Of a DNA stretch of 64,000 nt, positions 1-9,348 are shown piece by piece. Origin of the DNA: Candidatus Latescibacterota bacterium (lineage in GTDB: Bacteria > Latescibacterota > UBA2968 > UBA8231); NCBI GenBank assembly GCA_965200315.1, contig OZ241362.1, positions 3,840,001 to 3,904,000 on the forward strand. Reading direction: 5' to 3'. The position numbers were made by a program, and so were the translations under genes. Numbering within the stretch: position 1 is the stretch's first letter; each line of letters starts with the position of its first letter. Under the pieces are notes generated by a model. The model searched no databases. It saw only the letters and a list, made by a program, of their open reading frames with translations, and was not told the origin of the DNA.

Positions 1-118
1 CGGGTTCTGGCAAAACGCTCCTTATGCACACCCATATTCTGCAAGGCAATTAGTATTTAAGGGCTTGCCATATCTTCTTTATTTTCCTATCTTTATAGTA
101 GTTAAAGGAGGTACGAAA

Positions 119-991
119 ATGAACCTAATAAGCATCTTCAATCAGTACCCCGACCAAGCCGCTTGCATCGCTCATCTAGAGCAAATCCGCTGGAATAATG
201 CCCCCTATTGCCCGTTGTGCGGCGATTGTGACGTTGCCCGCAAAGCGGAGAATGAGCGTGTAGGCCGCTGGAACTGCCACGGCTGCCATTCTAGTTTTAA
301 TGTCTTGTCCCAAACCATTTTTCAGGGGACCAAAATCCCGCTGCAAAAGTGGTTCTTGGCCATCTCGCTAATGGCCAACGCCAAAAAGAGCTTGTCGAGT
401 TGCCAGCTAGCCCGCGATCTGGAACTCAACCAGAAAAGCGCGTGGTTCATGCAACAGCGGATTCGCGCCGCTATGGCATCGGACGAAAAGGCCCTACTGC
501 GCGGCATCATCGAGGCCGACGAAACGTATGTAGGCGGTAAGCCTCGCTACAAGAACGACAACAACAAGCGCGGGCGCGGTACTGGCAAAACGCCCGTCGT
601 TGGAGCCGTCCAGCGCGGGGGGCGCGTCAAAGCCGCTGTACCAGACGACACTAAGGCCGCGACCGTCTTGGACTTTATCGCGCAGTCTGTCGAGGTAGAA
701 GAATCGTCGTTGATTACGGACGAGTACACGGTTTATTTCAACGCTCACAAGCTGATGCCGCACCGCACCGTCAACCACCGCACCGAGGAATACGTTGACG
801 CCAGCAACAAGACCCTACACACCAATACCATTGAAGGCTTTTGGTCGTTGCTCAAACGCGCTTGGTACGGCTCGCATCATAAGTACACGAAAGGTTGGTC
901 GCCCTTGTTCGTAGCAGAAGCGGTCTGGAAATACAACCACCGCAAAGACGCCGACGCCTTCAACGGTTTCTTGCGGGCCTGCTTTGCGTAG
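119..991 (+). CDS. IS1595-family (ISXO2-like) transposase
   Basis: AAGGAGG RBS before ATG119. N-terminal Zn ribbon CPLC..CHGC; motifs EADETYVGG, ITDE and HTNTIEGFWSLLKR. Confidence 0.95.
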   Translation: MNLISIFNQYPDQAACIAHLEQIRWNNAPYCPLCGDCDVARKAENERVGRWNCHGCHSSFNVLSQTIFQGTKIPLQKWFLAISLMANAKKSLSSCQLARDLELNQKSAWFMQQRIRAAMASDEKALLRGIIEADETYVGGKPRYKNDNNKRGRGTGKTPVVGAVQRGGRVKAAVPDDTKAATVLDFIAQSVEVEESSLITDEYTVYFNAHKLMPHRTVNHRTEEYVDASNKTLHTNTIEGFWSLLKRAWYGSHHKYTKGWSPLFVAEAVWKYNHRKDADAFNGFLRACFA

Positions 992-1001
992 CCATACGGA
1001 G

Positions 1002-1253
1002 TCAATCAAATGACTGCTCCTCAGCAGGGTGGTTCTGGTGGTAATTTGCAAAAAAATCAGCCAGTACAAGAGCCTCATTTCGAGGAATCAAATAGTGGCA
1101 TTCATCGAAAGACAGCAAAAAGTGAGAAGCAGGGTCCGGCTCAACAGGCAAAACGCGAATCTCTCCTGCCTTATAGATTTGAAATTGTTTTTCTATCCCC
1201 ATCTCGGCTAGTACATGCAAGAGATTTTTCCCCGTAATTGGCACAATCGCCAT
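1002..1253 (-). CDS. hypothetical protein, IS passenger (83 aa)
   Basis: ATG preceded by AAAGGA; converges on the transposase stop; no recognisable motif. Confidence 0.55.
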   Translation of the reverse strand: MAIVPITGKNLLHVLAEMGIEKQFQIYKAGEIRVLPVEPDPASHFLLSFDECHYLIPRNEALVLADFFANYHQNHPAEEQSFD

Positions 1254-1286
1254 CGTCGTCCTTTCTGTTGGTTAGGGGTAGTACTT

Positions 1287-1317
1287 AGCCCGTAGAAGTT
1301 CGCACCTTCTACGGGCT
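1287..1317. terminator. hairpin / probable intrinsic terminator
   Basis: AGCCCGTAGAAG-7nt-CTTCTACGGGCT, a 12-bp perfect stem between the two passengers. Confidence 0.6.
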
Positions 1318-1320
1318 TTC

Positions 1321-1831
1321 TCATGGTATCAAACGTTTCCTTAGTGCTTTTTCTTGTAGTCGGTATTTTTCGGTTAGCTGCTGGGCTAATTCAACGCTTT
1401 GACGGGCTTTCCCCAATAGTTCCGCTATAACTTGTTGTTCGGAGAGGGGGGGTAGATCGAAGAGGATAGTTGCAAGAGATTTCCCATGTACGTGGGGGAT
1501 CGTAGTACCCGTTCTTGTTGCTTTTTCTCTTACAGGCTGCGTAGAAAAAGTCAAGATCAACGATTTGAGTATTGGGATTAAGCAGGGCAACCGTCGAAGA
1601 TACTACGCCTCTCTTGGCTCGTATAAAGTCCCCAGCGTTTGCCCCATCCCATAGCAGTAGGATGTCTCCATCGGACGCCAGAAGGCTATTAGAATCGGGT
1701 TTGACTAGCGGCGGTTCGTTTTTTTCCCCGCGAAGGTACTCCATCGTCAGATAGGGTATATCTCCATCAAAGGCGGTCGGAGCAGCCCCCTTGCGGACGG
1801 TACAAATATCGCCAAGTCTAACTCTGTTCAT
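1321..1831 (-). pseudogene. hsdS: single-TRD type I R-M specificity subunit (HsdS-like), frameshifted near 1520-1530
   Basis: ORF 1391-1831 gives RLGDIC..KG, GDILLLWDGANAG. ORF 1321-1590 supplies TGTTIPHV..LPPLSEQQVIAELL, the conserved HsdS helix. Confidence 0.8.
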
Positions 1832-1972
1832 ACAGAGAAAAGTACTAGAGAATCAAGGGACAGTCAAGCCCTTAAATACTAATTGCCAAATGCAAACTGC
1901 CATATTCTCTTGGCACCGATCATTTGAATCGGCAACTTACGCTTTTCTAATATCCCACAAAGAGGAAACTCC

Positions 1973-3349
1973 ATGACTGCATTCGACTTAGTAGTCATCG
2001 GCGCAGGGCCGGGCGGCTATGTGGCCGCAAGTAAGGCGGCGCAACTCGGCATGAAGGTGGCCTGTATCGACAAAAGCTACCTCGGCGGCACCTGCCTCAA
2101 TGTCGGCTGTATCCCCAGCAAGGCCCTGCTGGAGTCGAGTGATTTGTTCTACCGGGCGAAGAAGGGGTTGGGGCATCACGGGATTGGTCAGGGCGAAGTG
2201 GGCTTGGACTTGCAGGCCATGATGGCGCGGAAAGAGAAGATCGTGCAGACCATGACCAAGGGCATTGAAGGGCTGTTTAAGGGCCAGGGGGTGACGCATT
2301 TCGTCGGCGCGGGACAAGTCCGCGCCCCGGGTAGCGTGTCGGTGCAAGGTGCTGGCGGCGAGCAGATCCTGTCTGCCAAGCACATCCTATTGGCCACCGG
2401 GAGCGTACCCATAGAGCTGCCGAACCTGCCTTTTGACGGCGAGCACATAATCAGTTCCACCGAAGCCCTAACGCTAAAAAAGGTGCCTGAGCGGCTCGTC
2501 GTCATTGGCGGCGGTGCCATTGGGTTGGAACTGGGGTCCGTGTGGGCGCGGCTAGGTGCCCAAGTGCTCGTAGTGGAAGCCATGGATCAGATTTTGCCGG
2601 AGATGGATCAAGAGATGGCTAAGCAGCTAGAGCGGCTGCTCAAGCGACAAGGGCTAAAGTTTCTGCTCGGAGCCAAGGCCCAAGAAGCCGCGATCGAAAA
2701 AGGTCAAGTCGCGCTGACCATAGCAGCCGGCGCTCAAGAGCACGTCGAGACGTGCGATCTGGTATTAGTGGCCGTGGGGCGCAAACCATGCAGCGCAGGA
2801 TTGGGGCTGGAAGACGTGGGTGTGGCGCTCAACGAGCGCGGACAGGTCCTAGTTGACGCGCAGGGGCGCACCAATGTCGAGGGCATCTGGGCTATCGGCG
2901 ACCTCGTGCCCGGACCGATGCTGGCCCACAAGGCCGAGGCCGAAGGCGTCGCAGTCGCCGAGCGGATGGCCGGACGCGCCGGGCAGGTCAACTACGATGC
3001 CATACCCTCGGTCGTGTACACCCACCCAGAACTAGCCTCTGTGGGCGCGAGCGAGGAAGCAGCCACAGCAGCCGGCCACGAGGTCGCCATCGGCAAACAC
3101 CAATTTCGCAGCAATGCCCGCGCCCACTGCATGGACGACATCAACGGCCTAGTCCAGGTTGTCGCCGATGCACACACCGACCAGCTCTTGGGGATGCACA
3201 TCCTCGGCCCGCAGGCTTCGCACCTGATCGCCGAGGGCGTCTTGGCCTTAGAGTTCGGCGCGAGTGCCGAGGATGTCGCCCGCACCGTTCACGCGCATCC
3301 GGCGCTGTCAGAAGTCATAGGCGAAGCAGCGCGAGCCGTAGCCTCGTGA
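1973..3349 (+). CDS. lpdA: dihydrolipoyl dehydrogenase
   Basis: GAGPGGY, GGTCLNVGCIPSK disulfide motif, GGGAIGLE, HAHPALSE. Confidence 0.97.
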   Translation: MTAFDLVVIGAGPGGYVAASKAAQLGMKVACIDKSYLGGTCLNVGCIPSKALLESSDLFYRAKKGLGHHGIGQGEVGLDLQAMMARKEKIVQTMTKGIEGLFKGQGVTHFVGAGQVRAPGSVSVQGAGGEQILSAKHILLATGSVPIELPNLPFDGEHIISSTEALTLKKVPERLVVIGGGAIGLELGSVWARLGAQVLVVEAMDQILPEMDQEMAKQLERLLKRQGLKFLLGAKAQEAAIEKGQVALTIAAGAQEHVETCDLVLVAVGRKPCSAGLGLEDVGVALNERGQVLVDAQGRTNVEGIWAIGDLVPGPMLAHKAEAEGVAVAERMAGRAGQVNYDAIPSVVYTHPELASVGASEEAATAAGHEVAIGKHQFRSNARAHCMDDINGLVQVVADAHTDQLLGMHILGPQASHLIAEGVLALEFGASAEDVARTVHAHPALSEVIGEAARAVAS

Positions 3350-4119
3350 AGCTCGCCGACAAAGTAGTACTCATCACCGGCGCGGGCGCGGGCATCGGCC
3401 GCCAAACCGCGCTGCACTGCGCCCGTGAGGGCGCGCACATTGCGGCCGTTGACATCAACGCAGCCACAGCCGAGGAAACGGCCGCCACCATCGCCGCTGA
3501 CAACGGGCAAGCCATCGCCATCGCGGCCGACGTGTCCCGCGCCGCCGACTGCGAGCGCATGGTGCAGCAGACCGAAGCCGCTTATGGCCGCCTCGGTGTG
3601 CTGTTCAACAACGCCGGTATCTCACACCACGCCGACGCCGACGCCATCGACACCGAAGAAGCGGTGTGGGACTTGACCATGGCCGTCAATCTCAAGGGCG
3701 TCTTTTTGGGCTGCAAATACGGCATTCCAGCCCTGCGCCGCGCCGGCGGTGGCGCGATCGTCAACACCGCCTCTTTTGTCGCCTTGCTCGGAGCAGCCAC
3801 GCCGCAACTGGCCTATACCGCCAGCAAGGGCGGCGTCCTCGCCCTGACGCGCGAGCTAGCCGTTGTCCACGCCCGCGAAAACATCCGCGTCAACGCGCTC
3901 TGCCCTGGCCCCCTACGCACCGAGCTACTGATGAAATACCTCGACAGCGAGGCCAAGCGTCAGCGTCGCTTGGTCCACATCCCCATGGGCCGCTTCGGCG
4001 AGGCCGAGGAGATCGCCCGCACGGTCGTCTTCTTGGCCTCGGACGACGCCTCCTTCATCACGGGCGCTACCTTTGTCGTCGATGGCGGCATCACCGCGGC
4101 CTACGTCACTCCAGAGTGA
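3346..4119 (+). CDS. short-chain dehydrogenase/reductase
   Basis: TGAGAGIG, NNAG, YTASKG, VDGG; overlaps the lpdA stop (GTGA). Confidence 0.93.
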   Translation: MKLADKVVLITGAGAGIGRQTALHCAREGAHIAAVDINAATAEETAATIAADNGQAIAIAADVSRAADCERMVQQTEAAYGRLGVLFNNAGISHHADADAIDTEEAVWDLTMAVNLKGVFLGCKYGIPALRRAGGGAIVNTASFVALLGAATPQLAYTASKGGVLALTRELAVVHARENIRVNALCPGPLRTELLMKYLDSEAKRQRRLVHIPMGRFGEAEEIARTVVFLASDDASFITGATFVVDGGITAAYVTPE

Positions 4120-4126
4120 GGCCGCC

Positions 4127-4777
4127 ATGCGCTTTGCGGCCACAGTTTTCGACCTCGACGGCACCCTGCTCGACACGCTCGCAGACTTGGCGGATTCGAC
4201 CAACGCCGCACTCGCCGCAGCCGGGCACCCACCCCATCCCACCGACGCGTACCGCTACTTCATCGGCAACGGCATTGAAAACTTGGTGCGCTGCGCCCTG
4301 CCAGCCACGGCCCGCGACGACGCTTCTGTCGCCTGTGCCAAGGCCGCAATGGAAGCCGAGTACAGTCGGCGCTGGCAGGACAAAACCCAGCCCTACGCGG
4401 GCGTACCCGAGCTACTCGACGCATTGAGTACCCGCCAGATGCCCATGGCCATCCTCTCCAACAAACCCCAAGCCTTTGCGCGCCTCGCCGTTGATGCACT
4501 GCTGCCGCGCTGGTCCTTCCACCCGGTCTGCGGGGCGCAGCCCGATGTCCCGCGCAAGCCCGAGCCGGCGGCGGCCCTGCACATCGCCGCCACCCTCGGC
4601 CTCAGCCCGGCGGCCTGCCTTTACTTGGGCGACACGGACACGGATATGCAGACCGCCACGCGGGCTGGCATGTACGCCTTGGGGGCCACGTGGGGCTTTC
4701 GCTCCGCGGACGAACTCCGCCAAAGTGGTGCCCGCGCCTTGCTCGCCAAACCGCTGGACCTGTTGAATTTTCTGTAA
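4127..4777 (+). CDS. HAD-family hydrolase (phosphoglycolate phosphatase-like)
   Basis: [26 protein letters not shown]. Confidence 0.92.
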   Translation: MRFAATVFDLDGTLLDTLADLADSTNAALAAAGHPPHPTDAYRYFIGNGIENLVRCALPATARDDASVACAKAAMEAEYSRRWQDKTQPYAGVPELLDALSTRQMPMAILSNKPQAFARLAVDALLPRWSFHPVCGAQPDVPRKPEPAAALHIAATLGLSPAACLYLGDTDTDMQTATRAGMYALGATWGFRSADELRQSGARALLAKPLDLLNFL

Positions 4778-4806
4778 CCCACCGCCTAACTCAGAAAGGG
4801 CAAACC

Positions 4807-6081
4807 ATGAGCGAATTTTTTCAGGGCATCAAAAAAATTGCCTACGAAGGCCCGGATTCTAAGAACCCCCTATCCTTCAAGCACTACGACGCCGAGGGCA
4901 CAATCGGCGGCAAGACCATGGCCGAGCACCTGCGCTTCTCCGTGGCCTTTTGGCACAGCTTTAAGGGCGGGGGTATCGATCCTTTCGGCCCGACTCCGGT
5001 GTACGACCGGCCTTGGGACCGCGCGGCCTTTGAGTTCATCACCAAGCTCGGCGCACCCTTCTACTGCTGGCACGACCGCGACATCGCGCCCGAAGGCGAG
5101 ACCCTCAAAGAGAGCAACGACCGCCTCGACCACATCGTAGGGCTGGCCGAGCAATTACAGGCCGATACGGGCGTTCGCTTGCTCTGGGGCACGTCCAATT
5201 GCTTCTCGCACGCGCGCTTTACCCACGGGGCCGCCACCAACCCGGACGCCCACGTCTTCGCGTGGGCCGCGGCTCAGATCAAGAAGGCCATGGAATGCAC
5301 TCATCGGCTCGGGGGGGCCAACTACGTGTTTTGGGGTGGGCGCGAGGGGTACTCCAGCCTGCTCAACACCCAGATGGCCCACGAGCAGGACCAACTCGCG
5401 CGCTTCTTGCAGATGGCCGTTGAGCACAAAAAGGCACTCGGCTTTACCGGCACCCTGCTCGTGGAGCCCAAGCCCAAAGAGCCGACCAAGCACCAGTACG
5501 ACTACGACGCGGCCACCGTCTTGAGCTTTCTCCGCAAATACGACCTGTTGGACGAGTTCAAGCTCAACATCGAAGCCAATCACGCCACCTTGGCTGGCCA
5601 CACCTTTGAGCACGATCTCCAGCTCGCCTCAGCCGAGGGCAAACTAGGCAGCATTGACGCCAATCGCGGCGACTACCTGCTCGGCTGGGACACCGACCAG
5701 TTCCCCACGGACCTCTACTCCTCCACCTATGCCATGTTGGCGATTCTCAAACAAGACGGCATCGCGCCCGGCGGCATCAACTTCGACGCCAAGGTGCGGC
5801 GCGGCTCTTGCGATTTGGAAGATCTCTTCCACGCCCACATCGGCGGCATGGACTCGTTTGCCCGCGGGCTAACGCTAGCCCAGCGCATCATCGACGACGG
5901 CGCACTCGACGCCTTTGTCGAGGCGCGCTATGCCTCGTACCGCAGCGGCATTGGCGAGAAAATCATGCGCGGCGATACCAACTTCGCCGAGCTAGAGGCC
6001 TACGTCCACCAGCACGGCGAACCGGAACGGCGCAGCGGCCGCGAGGAAATGCTAGAGAATATCGTCAATAGTTATTTATAG
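4807..6081 (+). CDS. xylA: xylose isomerase (class II), with an apparent short in-frame deletion
   Basis: [53 protein letters not shown]. Confidence 0.95.
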   Translation: MSEFFQGIKKIAYEGPDSKNPLSFKHYDAEGTIGGKTMAEHLRFSVAFWHSFKGGGIDPFGPTPVYDRPWDRAAFEFITKLGAPFYCWHDRDIAPEGETLKESNDRLDHIVGLAEQLQADTGVRLLWGTSNCFSHARFTHGAATNPDAHVFAWAAAQIKKAMECTHRLGGANYVFWGGREGYSSLLNTQMAHEQDQLARFLQMAVEHKKALGFTGTLLVEPKPKEPTKHQYDYDAATVLSFLRKYDLLDEFKLNIEANHATLAGHTFEHDLQLASAEGKLGSIDANRGDYLLGWDTDQFPTDLYSSTYAMLAILKQDGIAPGGINFDAKVRRGSCDLEDLFHAHIGGMDSFARGLTLAQRIIDDGALDAFVEARYASYRSGIGEKIMRGDTNFAELEAYVHQHGEPERRSGREEMLENIVNSYL

Positions 6082-6148
6082 CGGGTTAAAGGGAGCGGGC
6101 TATACGGAAATCAGATACACTTCCACTTATCGTACATGATGGAGTATT

Positions 6149-6674
6149 ATGATGCTGCTCGACGATTTGGTCGGCGCGATTGACATCCTCAAAGAACGCA
6201 TCCGCACCCACGTTCCAGATTTGCAAGCCAACGAAACACGCACACGGATGGCACTTATTGACCCACTGCTACAAGTGCTGGAGTGGGATCCGGCCGATCC
6301 AGCGTTGGTGATTCCGGAATACGCCTCTGACTCTGGTCCGGTTGACTATTCCCGGCGAGAGCAGGAATGAGAATAAGATCCAAGAGTGGAAGGATATTTT
6401 AGTGAATACGGCAGAGTGGCTTTATTCAAAAGGCTTGCTCACGAATAACATCCCTGTGTTTAGCGCAAAAGAAAAGCATTATATCGTCCATAAAGAGAAA
6501 AAACATCCAAGTGGATCGCCTTTCAAAAGACCACAACGTCTCAAAGAGGGATTATGGGTGGAAGCGAGAGGTGGCCAACATGCAATAAGAAATGCACGTC
6601 GCCTGTTGAGAGCCTGTGGCCAGAATCCAGCAGAGGTTTGGGTACTCATTATCAAAAAATCGAATTCGGCATGA
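6149..6674 (+). pseudogene. two fragments of an HsdR_N-like restriction-domain protein
   Basis: 6149-6370 has NETRTRMALIDPLLQVLEWD..VIPEY..VDY and then stops. Overlapping ORF 6342-6674 looks like a detached C-terminal part. Confidence 0.6.
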
Positions 6675-7642
6675 ACGAAGAGTACTTGGACAAAATCACA
6701 CGCGGCGACTGCCGAGATCACATTTCGCGCTTGGCCGACAACAGCATTGAACTTTTCCTGTCGGATATTCCCTATGGAATTAGCCTAGACGACTGGGATG
6801 TCTTACACGACAATACAAACTCAGCACTGTTGGGACAGTCGCCCGCCCAAGCTGGGAAATCGGCCTTTAAGAGGCGCGGCAAGCCCATCAATGGCTGGTC
6901 GCAGGCTGATAGGAACATTGGACGCGAGTATCAGCAGTGGTGTCAAAGCTGGACTGAACAGCTTTTGCCAAAAATGAAGCGCGGCGCATCGCTTTTTGTT
7001 TTCGGCGCACGCCGCACCATACACCGCGTCGTCAACGCTTTTGAAGACAGTGGCTTTCTGCTCAAGGACATGCTCGCTTGGCAGAAAGAGTCGGCGCATC
7101 ATCGAGCGCAAAGGGTGAGCATTGTCTTTGCGAGGCGTGGGTTAGAAGCCGAGGCCAAAGCGTGGCGCGGCTGGCGTTTGGGGAACCTCGCACCCGTATA
7201 TGAGCCGATTGCTTGGTTCGTAAAACCCTACAAGATTGGCGGAACCATTGCTGACAACATCCTCGAGCAAGGCGTAGGGGCCATGAATATAGAAGCATGT
7301 CAGATCCATGGCGCGACCCCAACCAATCTCTTGGCGTTTGGTTTCCAAAAGGACGAACAAAAAATTCACGAGGCCCAGAAGCCGCTGCAGCTCATCGAGT
7401 TCCTGATCAAGCTCACAACACAAGAGGGCCAAGTGGTCTTGGATCCGTTCATGGGCAGCGGCACTACGGCCGTTGCCGCACGGCGACTCAACAGGCACTT
7501 CATAGGCTTTGAGATCGCTCCCGAATTTCATCGGGCCGCACTTCAGAGGTTGGATTTAGAATGCGGGATGAGAGATGCAAAAGACGCCCAATCGCTTCAG
7601 CAAATGCTCTTTGAAAAAGCGCGAGATGAATGCAGGGGATAA
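6671..7642 (+). CDS. beta-class N6-adenine DNA methyltransferase, M.HindIII-like
   Basis: SDIPYG...DDWDVLH.NTNSAL.G.S.AQ..FKRRGKP.NGWS.AD, HRAQR, H.AQKPL and DPFMGSGTT follow the M.HindIII sequence as recalled. Confidence 0.88.
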   Translation: MNEEYLDKITRGDCRDHISRLADNSIELFLSDIPYGISLDDWDVLHDNTNSALLGQSPAQAGKSAFKRRGKPINGWSQADRNIGREYQQWCQSWTEQLLPKMKRGASLFVFGARRTIHRVVNAFEDSGFLLKDMLAWQKESAHHRAQRVSIVFARRGLEAEAKAWRGWRLGNLAPVYEPIAWFVKPYKIGGTIADNILEQGVGAMNIEACQIHGATPTNLLAFGFQKDEQKIHEAQKPLQLIEFLIKLTTQEGQVVLDPFMGSGTTAVAARRLNRHFIGFEIAPEFHRAALQRLDLECGMRDAKDAQSLQQMLFEKARDECRG

Positions 7643-7900
7643 TTTTATCGGCAATAAGTACTTCTAACGCATCCCCCACAGCCTTGTTCTGTCGGCTGTT
7701 AGCTGCGAAAGAAATTCAGGAACACTGTTGACATAGCAATCCGAAATGAGTTGCGGGGCTTGAAGGATTGCACATGCATCAGCGTGGTGGTCGGTGCAGG
7801 CGTCCTTGGCCCGCGCGCGCTGCGCATCTTAGCGGCGGTCTGCAAGTTCTCATTGGGTGGGGCGACGAGGCGGGTGCGTGGTCTTAGCCGCCGGCGTTTT

Positions 7901-7927
7901 TCGAGGGCGAGACGCCCTCGATCCCAG
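7901..7927 (+). repeat. REP-like hairpin family A, copy 1
   Basis: TCGAGGGCG-AGA-CGCCCTCGA-TCCCAG; related copies at 10678 and 46187. Confidence 0.7.
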
Positions 7928-7959
7928 ATCCTTGGAGCCCAATGGGGGTTTTCAGACCG

Positions 7960-8268
7960 GTTTTAAGGTCGGCTTGAGCAGCGCGGCGAGCTCCTCAAAC
8001 CAAGCGGCGTAGGCTCCTTTTTCTTTTTCTCAAAATAAGTGCCCGTTATAATTTTTCGTAAGGTTGTAGGGAGGATCGAGAATGAGGAGATCGGCGAAGC
8101 AGGTGGGCAGTAAGGGAAGGACGCGAAAGGCGTCCCCGTAAATAATTCTATTGGCGGTTTGATCGAGTGCCGCTGGCTCGGTCAGCACTAGCAAGTCGCG
8201 TGCAAGACTCTCGAACTCTTCGGCGTCACAAGTGAGCGTTCTGTTCCTCAGGGCTCTTTTCTTTATGC
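7960..8268 (-). pseudogene. truncated N6/N4 DNA methyltransferase fragment
   Basis: Manual minus-strand translation: KKRALRNRTLTC...NRIIYGDAFRVLPLLPTCFADLLILDPPYNLTKNYNGHLF*EKEKGAYAAWFEE. It has a DPPY motif, an internal stop, and no start or SAM-binding half. Confidence 0.75.
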
Positions 8269-8270
8269 CA

Positions 8271-8329
8271 CAAAAAACTCAGTGGTCCCGCGGCACCGCC
8301 ATCATCCACTCCAACGCCCGCCGCGCCCC
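8271..8329 (-). repeat. duplicate of the nadA 3' end (direct repeat with 9341-9399)
   Basis: 56/59 identity to 9341-9399, including the stop codon; copies are 1070 bp apart. Confidence 0.93.
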
Positions 8330-8342
8330 GGCAACCCCTCGC

Positions 8343-8957
8343 TCAAGTTTGAATTTGTTTTTTCTCTTTTGTACCGCAATACTGGGAGAGCCTTTTTTCT
8401 ACTCCATCTCCAAATTCTTCCAAACAGGATTTTAAGTGTTCTCGAACCTTCTGTATCGCTTCTTGCAACGTCTCTATACGCCGCCGAATATGTGGGTGAG
8501 GCTCCAAGGCGTACAGTTGTTTAGATACTTCTACATCCAATTCAAGCCGACCTATCGCATTATAAAAATACGAAATTTTCTTCCTATACTTTTCTACATC
8601 ACCGTCCACCACCTCATTAATCTCATCCCAATCAAAAATAATCGGCTGAGAGTCTTCAAGGGAAACCTCCTTGAATCCCATTTTCCATTCCCTTGCTAGC
8701 TTTCGCAGTGCAGGCAATCGTTCCGGCCAATTATAAAGAATATCTGGCGAAAATTCTGCTCCATTGGGCCACGTCAGCAGATCATCCTCTATGCTAACTT
8801 GGTTAAACAAGGAAAGATCTTTTAGGGGGCTAAAGATCCGACCTGCCAAAACCGGACGAAAGTCTATATCTTGGTGCGCATCGTCCTCGAAAAAGACACG
8901 CAGCCTGTACGGCCCTAGGACCTTAAAGCTCATCACACTATGAAGGATAGATTCCAT
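8343..8957 (-). CDS. DUF2442-domain putative antitoxin with C-terminal extension
   Basis: Y.LRV.FED....IDF..L.G.IF.PLKD...F.QV....L.WPNGAEF.PD.LY. Confidence 0.82.
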   Translation of the reverse strand: MESILHSVMSFKVLGPYRLRVFFEDDAHQDIDFRPVLAGRIFSPLKDLSLFNQVSIEDDLLTWPNGAEFSPDILYNWPERLPALRKLAREWKMGFKEVSLEDSQPIIFDWDEINEVVDGDVEKYRKKISYFYNAIGRLELDVEVSKQLYALEPHPHIRRRIETLQEAIQKVREHLKSCLEEFGDGVEKRLSQYCGTKEKKQIQT

Positions 8958-8962
8958 CTGTA

Positions 8963-9238
8963 TTACTCCAGCGGCTCAATTGGACCAGGAGATAGGCCTT
9001 GTTGTAACAGATCCCAAGCGGTCTCAAGCTCTATTCTATGCTCCGTCGCCCATTTCATTACTTGTCGATGCTTATTTCTAGGTAGTGAACCCTCAAGCTT
9101 CTCTATCTTACCCTGAGCAATCGCATAAACAGCCTGATGACCTGAGTACCTCGCATGAAAATGCGACCGATGGTGAGGGCTACCTACTTCTGGAAACATT
9201 CGGATAATAATTCCATAAAATTCTGCGAGTTTCGCCAT
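8963..9238 (-). CDS. DUF4160-domain putative toxin
   Basis: FYGIIIRMF...H...HFHARY, GSLP, W...H..EL...W, IEPL; paired with DUF2442. Confidence 0.88.
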   Translation of the reverse strand: MAKLAEFYGIIIRMFPEVGSPHHRSHFHARYSGHQAVYAIAQGKIEKLEGSLPRNKHRQVMKWATEHRIELETAWDLLQQGLSPGPIEPLE

Positions 9239-9348
9239 ACACTCCTGTTAGACAGAATCAGTTTAGTGGATTTGCAACGTTTCATCTGTATAACTCGTTA
9301 CCAAAAAAATGAACTCTGTCGTTTTCGAGTACTAATGCTCCAAAAAAC

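Larger units (their letters stand above)
45..1887 (+). mobile_element. IS1595-family insertion sequence carrying passenger genes (transporter IS)
   Basis: Perfect 23-bp terminal inverted repeats GGCAATTAGTATTTAAGGGCTTG (45-67) / CAAGCCCTTAAATACTAATTGCC (1865-1887) enclose a DDE transposase and two opposite-strand passengers. The 8-bp flanks match only partly (TTCTGCAA vs AAATGCAA). Confidence 0.92.

Noticed and set aside
23-44. Similarity of IS flanks (ATGCA..CCATATTCT left vs 1890-1908 right) as a target-site duplication
   Set aside because: The adjacent 8-mers match only 5/8 and the longer similarity needs gaps, so no clean TSD can be claimed.
7751-7966. 71-aa plus-strand ORF
   Set aside because: No RBS or motif, and it overlaps a REP hairpin and the methylase remnant; probably non-coding.
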